A stretch of DNA of 64,000 bases from Malacoraja senta (lineage: Eukaryota). Positions 26,839 to 40,468 of the stretch are shown one piece after another. The stretch lies in contig CM075989.1 in the NCBI GenBank assembly GCA_038087875.1, positions 14,756,001 through 14,820,000 of the forward strand, written 5' to 3'. Each line of letters begins with the position of its first letter. The first letter of the stretch is position 1. The notes under the pieces were generated by a model. It worked only from the letters and a program-made list of their open reading frames with translations, did no database searches and was not told the DNA's origin. Both the position numbers and the translations under genes were made by a program.

Positions 26839-27029
26839 TGTCTCACCCATTCCTTCTCCCCAGAGATGCTGCCTGTCCCCGCTGAGTACCTCCAGCTATT
26901 TTATGTCTATCTTCGGTGTCAACCAGCATCTGCAGTTCCTTCCTACACATCACAGGTATCTGTCAGCATTTTAGCCCAGAGGCAATGGTTTGGTGACACG
27001 TACAGGTAAAGTGGAAAAAACCAGCTGGG

Positions 27030-27571
27030 TCTGGATCGGGACCTGATCCAGCGGTGGGACGGGCTGATCCAGCGGTGCGGTCTACAGCAGGATCCCCGAC
27101 CCAAGCTGCTGCCAACCCCCTGGTCTTAGAGTGTCCGGGATAAGGCGTTAGCGCCGTGGGAAGGAGCGACTACCTGCCCGCGGGGTGTGAGCGGCGGCAG
27201 CAAAGGCGACGGGATCCACGGCTCTCCGCCCACAGACGTTCGCTCTCTCTCTGTCTCTGCCTTTCCTTATCACAGATGTCACCGAAAAACTTTTACTAGG
27301 CACGGTCACAGAGACAAGAACTGCGGCAACGCCAGACTAAAGCCTTCCTTGCAATAATCCGGTGCATTTCGTCATTTAAAGCCGGCATCCTTGCACTCAC
27401 CGTGACCGGGATTGGTCTCCGTTCACTGGTCCCACGCGGAAACAAGCAGCTCGCCGAATACTTGCATTTAAACGCACTTCAATTACACTCACATCCTTCC
27501 TCTGTCAGAGTAACATCACTTCCCGTAACACGGCTCCGCCCCAGGAGAGTGTGCACCTCAGCGACAACTCG

Positions 27572-27612
<41 letters not shown>

Positions 27613-27700
27613 TGCCTGGACTCGCCTCGCCCCTCCCTCCCTCGGCTCTGCACCCACAAACGGCAACCCACTGCCCAGAGTTGGCGTCCACACAGCAATG
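27030..27700 (-). promoter_or_regulatory. CpG-island promoter with non-coding first exon(s), probably RAB27A
   Basis: CpG-rich. GC box at about 27534-27542, ETS-like GGAAGTG at about 27517-27523, and minus-strand donors ACG|gtgagt (27401) and CAG|gtagtc (27174). Identity rests only on human synteny (RAB27A-PIGBOS1-PIGB-CCPG1); no RAB27A coding exon was seen. Confidence 0.55.
27573..27611. repeat. (TG)n microsatellite
   Basis: About 19 TG units. Confidence 0.97.
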
Positions 27701-27711
27701 TTGAGAGCCTT

Positions 27712-27810
27712 CACAAGTCTGGTGTGGTCCACAAGTCTGGTGTGGTCCACAAGTCTGGTGTGGTCCACAAGTCTGGTGTGGTCCACAAGTCTGGTGTGGT
27801 TCACAAGTCC
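27712..27810. repeat. 18-bp tandem repeat, about 5.5 copies
   Basis: Unit cacaagtctggtgtggtc. Confidence 0.95.
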
Positions 27811-29429
27811 AGGTGCTTTACACCGACCATGTTCCACTGGTGTTTGAAATGAAACCTACCTCTGGTGAATCTGAACTTGTTGCAACTGTTCACTCGTATC
27901 CGTGACCGAGGCTGAGACATGGCAAAGTATGGAGCAATTCGGAATAAGAACAACGGAATTAATTTTCTTAGATCAGATAAACTTTTTCTTCAAAAGCTGG
28001 ATCCATCCACCGAGTGTCAGTTCTTGCCACTCCCCAATCTCCTCACCTCTTTATCCTGATCATCTCCCCTCTGTTCTTTCAGTCCAGAAGAAGAATCCAT
28101 CCCCACACAAAAGTCCAACTCTCCTCCATAGATGCTGCCTGATGAGTTTCCAGCGGGTTTTATTTTGCTCCAGTACTTGCGGGCTCGGGTCTCTTTTTCT
28201 CAGACATCCTGATCACCATTTCTTCAACACGGGTTGGACAAATAGGAGTACTGAGAGTGAGAGAGGACTCTCGCTTCATTTTTGTTTAAGGAGGAATCAG
28301 TCTTTCAGTCGGCAGTTTTCAGCCAAAGTTTCTCACATGACATGTGTATCGGAATTGAACAGCTGGCAATGAGTAGGCTGGCGACCACCAGCAGGGATCG
28401 TGTTCCACGCTGCACTGCAAGTATCCTCACACTCGTCCGAGGCAGCTGACGAGGATATGCTGAGAGTGGGTGACATCAGCTGAAAGAGGCACAAGAGTTG
28501 TGGGTTGAAAGTGTGAAACAGTTGTCATTGAGCTCCTCCAGTGAAGCTGAGAGAATCACCAGGCCACAGATAGTGCCAGCACACTGCCATATGTTATGGC
28601 CCATGCTACCCAGGAACTCCCAGCCCATTGACCACCTGGTGACTACTCATGGAGGGAAGAGAGATCTGTCGTTCAAGGTGTATGTCCTGGCCTCATTAGT
28701 GCTCCCAAGATGCATCACCTCATATTTGTGTGGATTAAACTCCACCTATCATTTCTAAATCCACTTCACGAACACATCAATATCACTCTGCCACCTGATA
28801 CCTTCCACATTGTCAATAACTCCACCAATCCTTGTATCATCTGCAAACTTCCCGATTTGACACATTCACCTGCAACTTAGTTCAAAGCTTCTTCAACAGT
28901 TCTTCCTCCTATTTCCACAGGATCTGCACCAGTTAACACCTCCTTGCCCCGGCCAGAATGGCCCCTTCTTGCTTTTACCATCTCCTTAGCTCTCAACAGC
29001 TTCTGTCTGACTGCTGCCCCAGGTCCTCTATTTGTATCTCCCACTCCTCATATAGTTTGGAGAACAAGAGCAAATGCAACACTGATATTTGTACTCACTT
29101 TGAGGATAGCATTCATTCAAAAATTGGTAGATATTGTGACCAAATACTCAACTCTTACAGCCACTTTGTCTCGCTGGAGACAGTGCAGTTGAGATACACC
29201 AGGATGTGGTCGACTTCTGGGGCACTGATGGACTCGCAGTGATATTTAATCCAAGTATTAGGTCTTTCCCACAGATCCCATCATCTGCAAATGTTGGCTG
29301 CACATCCATTGGTCTCACATCCTTTAATGAAAGTCTCTCCTTGTTGAGTGGCAGATATTTTGCTCCCTGAAAGATTTAATGTTTAGACCTGCACCTTGCA
29401 CAAAGTAACAGATGAAAACAGTCTGGGGG

Positions 29430-32180
29430 ACAAGACGAATGATCACATGTAAAGGCAGGCTCTGATCAGAGATAGCCAGCGTGGCATTGTCAAAGGCAGG
29501 TCATGTCTGACCAAACAGAGTGAATTCTTTGAAGAGGTGGCAAAGTGGATTGATGATGGCAATGTAGTAGATAAGGTTTTATATGGACCAGCCTTCGACA
29601 AGCTCCCACTGGTCTAGAAGGTTAGGGCCCAATAGGATCCAGGGCAAGTTGGCAGCTAAAGTTGGTTTGCAATAGGAAATAGCGAGGGATGGTGGAAGAT
29701 TGTCTTTGTGATTGGACGGCCTATGACCAGTGGTGTTCCACTGTGATTGGTACTGAGACTGGCTGTTTGTAATATATGTGAATGATTTGGATATGAATAT
29801 AGGAGACATCATCATCGTTCACTCATGATACAAAGACTGATAAAGTTACTGACACTGTGGAGGGTAGTCTCAGGCTACAGAGTGAAACACATGTTGGTGG
29901 AATGGGTGAGAAATGGCAGATGGAATTTAATCCTGATAAATGTTAGGTGATGCATTTTTGATGGACAAATATTGGGCCTCATGGGTGGGGGGGTTGAACA
30001 CAAGAGCAAGGAGGTTACATTACATTACCATTACATGGTAGATTACATATGTGCTGAGCAATAACTGGTCACTTAAATTTCATTATTATTATAATGCACA
30101 TGACACTTTCATTGCTGAGTTTCTCCAGCAATTTTGTCTACCTTCGATTTTCCAGCATCTGCAGTTCCTTCTTGAACATGACACTTTCATTGCCTTGTAA
30201 CTGTATCTTTTGACTGATGGCAGACCAATTTCCCTCCGGGATAAATAAAGTTGTAACGTATCATGTTGTTACACTCCTGCATTTTCTCTGTAGCTGTAAC
30301 ATTGTAGTCTGCATTCCGTTTAATTTCCTCTTCGCACTACGTGTTGTACTGGCGTATGGTTTGATTGTACTCATCTACGATGTGGTTTGACTGGATAACA
30401 CACAAAACATTGTTTTTCACTATTTCAGTACACACGACAGAATTCACTAAAATCGGTTACTAGGTTACAGGACATTTTAAAAACGATGCGTAACTGTGGA
30501 GATTGTAACATCTTGTGAAGACAATGACATGGCTCACTTAAATTTGTAAGACTGAAACAAAAGTATTTTACTAAGGGAACTGGCTGGCTTTTTATATTAG
30601 GGATTGTTGCATCACAAATTCCTTCTGTGGTGAGCAGAGTGTCCTGTCCTCCGTCTGCCTTGATACCTTCTATTAACAATGTTGGAGTTTATTTAAGGAT
30701 GGTGCTATACTTGGTCAAATAATTACTGCTTATTAAATCAGTAGATGTACAGTTGTGGTATCCCAGGTGCAGATACCCAGGCTGGGAACGTTTTCAATAT
30801 AATGCTAACAAATCTGGTTTACAAACAAAAGACCAAATGCTGGAGTAACTCAGCAGGTCAGGCTGCATCTCTGGAGTTCGGATCCTCCTTCAGACAGAAG
30901 GAGTGTCCTGACCCGAAGCATCACCTATCCATGTTCTCCAAAGATGCTACCTGACCCTCGCAGGTACTCCAACACAATGAATATTAAAAGAATATGCCTC
31001 TTAGTATCCAATGGGTGAAACAGAGTAAACATGGATAAACTGTGAACTGCCACAGTGCAGTTGGCTCACCACAGCCTTATTGAGGACAAATGAAAATGGG
31101 GAGTAAATGCTGTCTCTTCCACCAATGTTTGCATCCCACAAAATGAATAAAAATGAATTAAAACATCTCTGTTAATAATGTTTATTTTATTACCAAAACA
31201 TAACAATACTATTAACTACACTTTTTTTAAAAATACTTAAGCACAATGGAACCAAAGTACTACAGGTAAAAATATTCTAACTTCCACCAATAATCTCCTA
31301 TGTTAGTTCAGTTACTACACCTCTGAGCCTGGCAGTAAAAGGTTAAATCCCACTCTAGAAATCAAACAACAACAAAATATTGGGGATGAGAGCAAAATTG
31401 AGGTTGTGATGCAAGATCAGAGGTGTTAGCTTTCAGTCGAGCTGTCGAACTGAGGTGCCATCTGTTTGCTCAGTTGAATATGATTATGTTTCTTTGAAGA
31501 AGTGAGCAGGAGGATTGACAAGGGCAGGGTGGTAGATTTTCTCTACTAGGTCTTTAGCAAGGCCTTGGATAAAATCGTACATAGGTAAGCTGGTCTGGAA
31601 GGTTACAGCTTTTGAGATCACGATTGAATTAGCCAAGCCAATTGTACACAAAATTGGCATGGTGGGAAGGAGTCAGAGGTTGAGAGTGGATGGACTACTT
31701 CAGATAGTAGGCCTTTGCCTTTGTCATCTATGTTAATGACTTGGAGGAGAATGTAGGTGGCATGATTAACAAATCCGCAGCTGATGCAGACCTTTTCCCA
31801 GGTAGGCAAGTCTAAAACTAGAGAGCATAGGTTTAAGGTGAGAGGGGAAAGATTTAAATGATGGTGTGGTGGACAATGGAAAAGGTTGACTACATGATCT
31901 ATATCAACTGTGAAAGGAACATCAGATAGAGTTTAACTCAGACAAAAGTAAAGTGAAGCTATTTGGGAATTTAAACCAGGGAAGGAAATACACAGTGAAT
32001 GATAGAGGCCTGGGGAAGTGTTGTAGAACTAAGAGACCTAGGATACAAATACATAGTTTCCTGAAATTGGTGCCGCAGGTAGATAGGGTGGTGAAGAACG
32101 CAATTGCCTTCATCTGCTGAGGCAATGAGTAGAAGAGTTGGGACATCTTGTTACAGTTGAACAAAACATCAGTCAGGTAA
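29430..32180 (+). mobile_element. Cluster of degenerate CR1 RT fragments (about 29430-30030 and 31490-32180) with intervening SINE and LINE tails
   Basis: Decayed remnants resembling SQHGFVKGRSCLTN, KAFDK, WQMEFN and LVPQVDRVVK. Confidence 0.7.
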
Positions 32181-32239
32181 CCCTCGCCCCTGCAGAGGAG
32201 ATTAGAGAGCATCAGGTAGTTAAATGAATGAGAATACTT

Positions 32240-32543
32240 GGCATGGTGGTGCTGCAGTAGAGTTGCTGTCTTACAGCACCAGGTACCCAGGTTCGATCCT
32301 AACTATGGGTGCTGTCTGTATGGAGTTTGTACGTTCTCCGCTTGACCTACTTGGGTTTTCTCCGGGTGCTTCAGTTTCCTCCCTCTACTCATGAATAGGT
32401 TTGTAGGTTAATTTGCTTGCTAAAACTGTAAATTGCCCCCAGTGTGTGTTGGTTAGTGTTAGTGTGTGGGAATCGCTGGTTGGCGTGGATTCGGTGGGCC
32501 GATAGGCCTGTTTCCGCACTGTATCTCTAAACTAAACTAAACT
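32240..32543 (+). mobile_element. tRNA-derived V-SINE (HE1-like)
   Basis: A box and B box (ggttcgatcc), V-domain gtctgtatggagtttgtacgttctcc, CR1-like tail ending (CTAAA)n. Confidence 0.88.
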
Positions 32544-35500
32544 TACATCCAGTCTCTGCTTTATCTCCAAAGCTTTAGTCTGAAAAATCTGGCAGGCATG
32601 TAATGTCATGTCAAAGGACAAGGACCCTGCAGTTTGTATTGATCATTACCTCCCAATTAACAGTACAGGTGAAATACAATTAGGCATTTACATTGGACAT
32701 CTCTCTGCAAATGAGAGTCAAAACTGAAACTGATTAACCATATCAGAGCACAGCTTTGCAATCGCACTTCACTGGGAAATATCACATTAAACAGTATTAA
32801 AATAACTTTATAACTCCCCAATGACTCCTTGAGTTCCATCACTGAATCACGAAGGATGTACAGCCTCTGGCATTTCCAATTCAATACCAGTTTGCACTAA
32901 ATTAGCTGACTGCACTTACAACACGAGAGGCGATGAATTTAGAACTCCTGAGCTACACGAAAAATAATCAGGCATTGTTCCAGTGCCTCAATGAGTTGAG
33001 TTTTTAATCACAAAATGTGCTTTATAATAGTAAATTTTTATGACGACAAATTGTGAAGCTGCTTGTAAATTAAACAACCGGCTAACTCTCCACATCTTGC
33101 TCATTCCTAATAGTTATTAGGATAAGGTACCAGAGGATGAGCAATAGCTAAGAAATTGCACCCCAAATGCATCACGGGGTCAAGGAAATGCCCTGTGACT
33201 TCTAGATGGTGATGCTTGGTCCTCCTATTTATTGAGCTTGAAAACATACTGCTAGAGGAACTCAACTGGTCAGGCGGCATCTGTGGAGGGAAATGAACAG
33301 ATAAAGTTTTGGGTCAGGACACTTGTTCAGACTGATGGAGAAGAGGGGAGATAGCTGGTAAAATGAGGTGAGGGAAGGAGTGGGACAAGAGCTAGCAAGT
33401 GATAGGTGGATCTGGTGATGAGGAGTTGATTCACACATGAGTCAGCTTTCTCTGGTCTACTCCATCAGTCCTGACACAAACCGTTGTCCGTCCATTTCCC
33501 TCCACAGGTGCCCATTGAGTTCCTCCAGCAGCTGCCATCATCTCTCTTTACGCACTCTAAATGAGAACAGCAAATTCACCGGTGATCAAGAATAGAAACC
33601 TGGTCATTTCCAGCCTGTATGACACAAGGAGATATAGCAAGAGCTACTCAAGAAGATAATACAAACGTTAGAAAATGGAACCAATGAAAAGCTAATACTG
33701 CTTACTCAACGGTAATTTTAAAAAAAATGGATAGGGCACCTGCAGTTGTTGCTACATAGTAGTCTGAGATCGCTGAGAAGCCCTGCATTTACTGTCTGCC
33801 TAATACTTTGAGAAGGTGGGAGTGTTGCCTTCCACACTGCTGCAGTTCATGTGGGGTCAGACCTCCCTCCCACAGAGTTGCTCCGTTGGAAGTCCCAGCA
33901 TTCACACCCAGCGATATTTAATAAATGGTGATATGTTTCTAAATAACGATGCTGTGACTTGGAGGGAAATGTGCACATGCACATGTGACATTCTTTCTTT
34001 TCGGTGTTAGAGAAGGAAGAAGAACAATTTAGGTGGCAAGTACATCTTCAGCAGGTTGAGAGCAACTTGGCTGGTGTCTACGTCGCCACCAAAAGGCCAA
34101 TCCGGTTTCACTTTCCAGGGGCATTTGAGAATCAACCACATTCCTGAAAGTCTGGAGTTGCACATTGCCAGACTGAGGACACCACTTTGAGTGAACCAGG
34201 TGGGTTTTATGACAATTGGGTTTTTCCAAAGTGACCATAACTAGGTCTCTTTTTTTTTCCTTCTGGAGTATCAATTGAATTTTACACGAGTCCTACAGTA
34301 TCCATGCGGAGAGGTTGAATAAATTCCACAGTTGAAACAATGAGGAAGTTAACCTGCGGTAGTTCCAACATTAAGTTGTAGTGCAACAATAAATTAAACT
34401 TGTGTAATCAGCGGCAAATAACTCTGGACAAAGGTAAAAAGTTTGGATACTAAACTAAAAATATTAAAGGCATCTGATTAATAAAAGTGATGTGATGAAC
34501 TGGTAGAGAGGTGCTGAGTTTAATGACAAAGGTTGGAGTGAGTTTCCCTTTGGTTACTTTGAGGATCCACTGTATGGCAATATTATGTCCATGCTCGGTA
34601 TTGGAGAGGAACCAAGTGATGATCACACAGAAATGATCCTGAATTCCTCCTGATCACCCATTAATAAAAAGCATGACCAACCATCTAAGACACTGGCCCT
34701 ACTTCTTGGTTATTTATTGTGCGTTTAATGTCTTCAAATTCCTGAATCCTTTAAGGGAAAACACCGGCATTCTTGTGGCAATCTGAGGATTTCCGTGTTT
34801 CCTTTATTTTACAATTAATGGTATATTCGTTTTTTCAGTTCTGCTTTTAAACTTCCTCTCTTTTGTAAAAGAATTTCACACATCACACAGGCTGCAGTAT
34901 TGAGTTAGCCCACAAAGCGGCGCTGGTCCCCCTTCATCTGCTGGTGCTAGTCATTCCTCCAGTTTCCCTCTCCCATGACTCCCAGTCTGAAGAAGGGTTT
35001 CGACCTGAAACGTCACCTGCTATTCCTTTTCTCCCGAGATGCTGCCTGACCTACTGAGTTGCTCCAGCATTTTGTGTCTATCTTCCGAGCTATTCCCAGA
35101 CGGGACGTAGGCAATGACCTGCAGTGTATCACAATGGGGCAGATTGGGTATTGAATTACAGTTGGAGAGTATCTCACGTGGTGCAGCAAAGCAGCAAGCT
35201 AATGGCATTGTCTGACTTAATATTCTACTTGAACAAATCAATACAAATGAATAGGGAAACAAGGATAGGAATAGCAAAATATCAACAAAGAAAGCTGAAG
35301 ATTATGCATTTTAAGATGACTACTAAGTGAACGACAAACAAAATGAATGGTTGGATCCTGGGTAGTATTGAAGATTTGATGAGCTTTGTTGTACAATGGT
35401 GGCAGCATCGATAGATAAAGTGGTGAGGAAGGCATATGAGATACTTGCCATCATTAACCAGGGCATGGAATGTTAGAACAGGGAGGATAGGATATAAATT

Positions 35501-35818
35501 TATAAAACATTCGATAAGCCCAAAGCGAGGGGTCTGCACGCCGTACTGGTGGCCAGTCGCCACACTGGTTGTTTCAGTGCTGTATGACTCTTCGGCTGGA
35601 GGTATCCCTCCACTACCTTCAACATCATCGTTCCTCAGCCAAGTAACATAAACTCCCCCCATACCAGTTACATACATCGTTGTTACTGATTTCCAAGCAA
35701 TGCCCAAGCAATCTGGATGAAATGGTTGAACATTACAAGTGATTAGATAAACCATTGCTACAATGTTTAGATTCTGTAATGGCATCTTAAAAATATACTT
35801 CTGTTTAATTAAAGTACA

Positions 35819-36788
35819 AATTGATGACTGTTTGAATAAACACCCTAATACAGAAAAATTAATATCTCATATATATAACACCCTATTAGATAGTGAGATA
35901 CTATCGACGGATTTATATAGGCAAACATGGGAAAATGAACTAAGCCAAGTAATAACGAAAGATACTTGGGATGAAAGTTTACAACATATACATCAATGTT
36001 CATTAAATGCCAGACACTCTCTAATACAATTTAAAGTACTACATAGATTACATTATTCTAAAACAAAACTAAACAGAATCTTCCCACACATCTCCCCTAT
36101 TTGTGATAAATGTCAACATTTAGATGCTAACCCAACTCATACATTCACGAATTGTATAAAAATCAAAAAAATTTGGGCACACATTTTTAGAATAATATCT
36201 ATAGTTGTCAACACTCAATTGGATCCTGATTCAAAATTAATAATACTAGGAATATTAGAACAAAGTCTAACATTTACAACAACTCAAAGAAACTTCATCG
36301 ACTATAGTATAATAACTGGAAAAAAATTAATATTAAAATTTTGTAAAGGTCCTATAACCCCCACAATTAAAATGTGGATTATGGAAATGTCAGAGACCTT
36401 ACATTTGGAAAGAATTAGACTTGTCTTAATGGACAAACAAGAACTTTTTATCAGAACATGGTCTCCATTTATTGACTATTTGAAGGGACAGACTGGTTCG
36501 GCACGAGAACCTGACTGAAACTCGAATTAAGGATTAGATGAAAAGTTATATTTTAAAATGTATGAATATATCTCCAACGTTGTACTTTTAGTAATTTATT
36601 CCATTCTTCTTTATCATCCCTTTTTTTCTTTTTCTGTTATTCTCTTATTTTCTATCTATATTAAAAAAAAAAATACTAGAGGCAGAGTGAATATCAATCG
36701 ATAATATTAGTAATGTAGGAATGATATACATGAAATGTTTTCAATATATGTACCTGCCTCTAATAAAAATATTATTTAAAAATAATAA
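35819..36788 (+). mobile_element. 5'-truncated L1-clade LINE, second subfamily
   Basis: ORF2 C-terminus (CSLNARHSLIQFKVLHRLHYSK...CDKC) homologous to the neighbouring L1. AATAAA and A-rich tail. TSD TAATTAAAGTACA at 35806-35818 and 36789-36801. Confidence 0.93.
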
Positions 36789-37665
36789 TAATTAAAGTAC
36801 ATAGTACAAGGAATTCTCAGTGCTTAGCTTTTCTAAAATTGGACTGACTACATGCTTAGCTACATAAAATGCTGCAAGCTTTTGATTAGGGATCAATGTC
36901 ACAGATTTATACAGCAAGGAAACAGACCCTTTGACCCATCTTATCCATACAGGCCCTTTGGCCCATCTCATCCATGCCAATAAAGTTGAGCTAATTCCAT
37001 TTGTCTAGTTAGATTTTTCTGCACCCTTTCCAGTTTAATGGCATCCTTCCTTTGTGTCTAACTTCAATTTAAACCAGCATCTGCTGTTCCTTCCTGCACA
37101 CTAATAGCAGTCGCTTTATTTCTGGCCTTATTTATCAATGAAGATTATTTCCTTATAAACAAGAAACTGCAGATGTTGGTTCACAATGGAAGACACGCAA
37201 TGCTGGAATAATTCAACAGGTCAGGCAGCAACTCAGTAGAACATGGATAGGTGACATTTCAGGCCAGGATCCTGCTTCAGACCCTGCAGAATATATTCCT
37301 ACCTTGACCAATGACTCACATGTAGCAAAGTTGTTCTTTCATTAAGATGCTCGTCATCCATCACTGCTTTAAACCCCCCTCCCCTCTACCATTTGTAACA
37401 TAAAACATTTAAGCACAGTAAACATATTGTGCAAGTCCAAAATACCAATAAGGAACTGACTGTGGTCAGAATGTGCACTTAGCCCTCAACTGCACCAACT
37501 TGTTTTTTTAAATCATTTTCAGCAAAGATTTCTACTTACAGAGATGGTCATGAAGCTTTTTTTGGCAAGATAAAGAACTGGAAAATCGCAATCTATAGCT
37601 TCCTCCTCCTCCTCCTTTACTAAGCATGATTATGAAGCTCCAGTTTTGAGGGAAATCTAGATTTT

Positions 37666-40468
37666 TTTTTTTTTATTTTTTTTTAATTTTTTTTTATTTT
37701 TTATTTTTTAGAAGTACGGTAGATTACAGTAATGTACAACACGTATATATTAATACATTTTTTGTACCGCTTCACTTTTTTAAACTTTAAGAAAGAAAAA
37801 GAAAGAAGTAAGAAAAGTGAAGAAAGTGCGCAAAGGTTGTGAAGTGCAAAAGAGTGTTGGGAAAAGAAAGCCCCTTAGAAAAGAGGTTAGAGAAGGAAGT
37901 AAAGTTAGAAAATAGACCCTAGAAAAAAAAAAGAGAAAGAAAGAAGGAACAATCGCTCTATTATAACTCTTATACCATACTTCATAGAGAAGGAACTACC
38001 AACCAAGTCTGTTTTTATTTTACCTCCCATTACCAGGTCCAGATACCTTTTATTTATTTATTTGTTTTTCTAAATTACTATGCACCTCATGCTTGTAATA
38101 GGTCCAAAAACGTAGACCACGTCTTTTGAAATTGATCTACTTTGCCTACTAGGAGGAATCTCATCTCTTCCAGATGTAATGTTTCCAACATATTTGATGT
38201 CCACATTTTTATTGTTGGTGTGGGCGCATTTTTCCAGAATTTAAGTATAAGCTTTTTTCCCATTATTAGCCCATAATTGAGTAAATTCTTCTGATACACG
38301 TTTAATTCAGGAATACCTTCCGATATTCCAAAAATAATCCATTCTGGTTTTGGTACCAATTTTATTTTGATTAATTTTGAAAAAATATCAAATATTTCAA
38401 ACCAGAATTTTTGGATTTTTGTACAAAAAACAAAAGAATGTGCTATGGTAGCTTCTTGACATATACATTTATCACAGATTGGTGAGACGTTAGGAAAGAT
38501 TTTATTTAGTTTGGTTTTTGAATAATATAATCTATGTAATGTTTTAAATTGGATAAGCGTATGTCGTACGTTGATCGAGCATTTATGCACCTGTAATAAA
38601 TGATTATCCCAACTCTCTTTTGAAATTTTTATACCTAGATCTTGTTCCCAATCTCTTCTAATTCCATCTGTTGTGGGTATTTCTATATTTAAGATGATAT
38701 TATATAAGTATGATATTAAATTAACTGATTCCGCCTTTGTCTTCATTGCTTCATCTAGTGAGTCGGAAGGCATATTATAATAATCTTTTGTGTGTGTTTT
38801 CAAATAGTCACAGATTTGTATATATTTAAAATATTGATTATTTTTCAAATTATATTTCAGTTGTAGTTGTTGGAATGATAGTAATTTTTCTAATTCATAC
38901 AGATCTTCGAGCGTTTTAATTCCCATTCTTTCCCATTGTATAAATGCTTTATCTATGATTGAAGGTTTAAACGATGGGTTATTGACTATTGGTATTAAGA
39001 GAGATAGGTTTCTTAATTTTAGATTCTGTTTTATTTGCTTCCATGTTCTGATAGTGCTATATATAATTGGATTTTTATTATAATTTTTATTATTCAAATT
39101 TATTGGAGAGAGAATAATCGCTCCTATATTATTCGGGGAGCAATCCCCTTTTTCCATTATAATCCAGTCCACCTGCTGGGCAGAATTGTCCAGCAGGTGA
39201 ATCATATTTTTAATATTTACTGCCCAGTTATAATACATAAAGTTAGGGAGCGCTAGACCCCCCAACTCTTTTCGTTTGTTAAGGTGTGTTCTTTGTATTC
39301 TGTGGGATTTGTAATCCCATATAAAATTTGTAATGTCTGAGTCCAGTTTTTTGAAAAACTTTTTTGGGAGATATATAGGTATTGATTGAAATAGGTAAAG
39401 GATTTGTGGTAAGAAAATCATTTTTATAGCATTTATCCTACCTATTAAGGACATCGGAAGTGTTTTCCAAAATTTAATCAGATTATTTAATTTCTTAAGT
39501 AGGGGATTATAATTAGCTTTAAACATATCATGGTAATTTCTAGTAATCTCAATTCCTAAATATTTGAATTTTTCCATAGCTATTTTAAAAGGGAATTTCC
39601 TGAGATGTGTTGAGTCTTTTGGTTTAATCGACATAATTTCACTTTTGTTCCAGTTTATTCTATATCCTGAAAAGGATCCAAAGTCCTCAATTAAGTTTAA
39701 TATATTTGGTATACTAATTTGTGGTTTTGTGATGTACAGTAGTACATCATCAGCATATAGGGATAGTTTATTGTTTGAATATTTTGTGTTATAACCGTGA
39801 ATATTCGAGTGTGTTCTTATTTTTTCAGCAAGGGGTTCAATTACCAAAGCAAATAACAGCGGTGATAGTGAACATCCTTGTCTGTTGCCCCTAGATAATT
39901 CGAATTTTGAAGATAATATATTATTAGTTAGTATTCTAGCCGTAGGTTTGTTATATAGTAGTTTTATCCATGCAATAAAGTTTTCTCCCAATTGGAATTT
40001 TTGCAATACTTTGATCATATAGTCCCATTCTACTTGATCAAACGCTTTTTCTGCGTCCAGTGAGATGATAGCTAACTCTTGGTCATAAGATTTATGTGAA
40101 TGCATTATGTTAAGCAAACGTCTCAAATTATTAAATGAGTGTCTCTTAGGTATAAATCCTGTTTGATCCTCATGTATTAGTCTACTAACATACTTGCTTA
40201 ATCTATTGGCTAATGTTTTTGCTATTATTTTCTGATCCGTATTTAACAAAGCAATAGCTCTATATGATCCTGGTTCTTCTATATTTTTATCTTTTTTAAG
40301 TATTAATATGATCGTTGATTCCGCTAGTGTTTCAGGTAGGTTTTGCTCTTTATAAGCATATGTATACATTTTTTGTAATCGTGGAGTAACTATATCATAA
40401 AAAGATTTATAAAATTCATTACTGAATCCGTCTGGTCCTGGTGTTTTTCCATTTTTTAGTGTTTTTAT
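37666..40468 (-). mobile_element. Young 5'-truncated L1-clade LINE (ORF2 RT plus C-terminal domain, 3'UTR, polyA) with 15-bp TSD
   Basis: Frame open from 40468 (IKTLKNGKTPGPDGF) to the stop at 38087. RT motifs SLDAEKAFD, RQGCSLSPLLF and LYADD. A-rich tail at about 37666-37710. TSD GGAAATCTAGATTTT at 37651-37665 and 40469-40483. Confidence 0.97.

Noticed and set aside
27402-27852. ORFs with CVCV, HTHT or LVWSTS repeats
   Set aside because: Translations of the (TG)n and 18-bp repeats.
32240-32310. tRNA gene (A and B boxes)
   Set aside because: It is the tRNA-derived head of a SINE: no full cloverleaf, and it continues into the V-domain.
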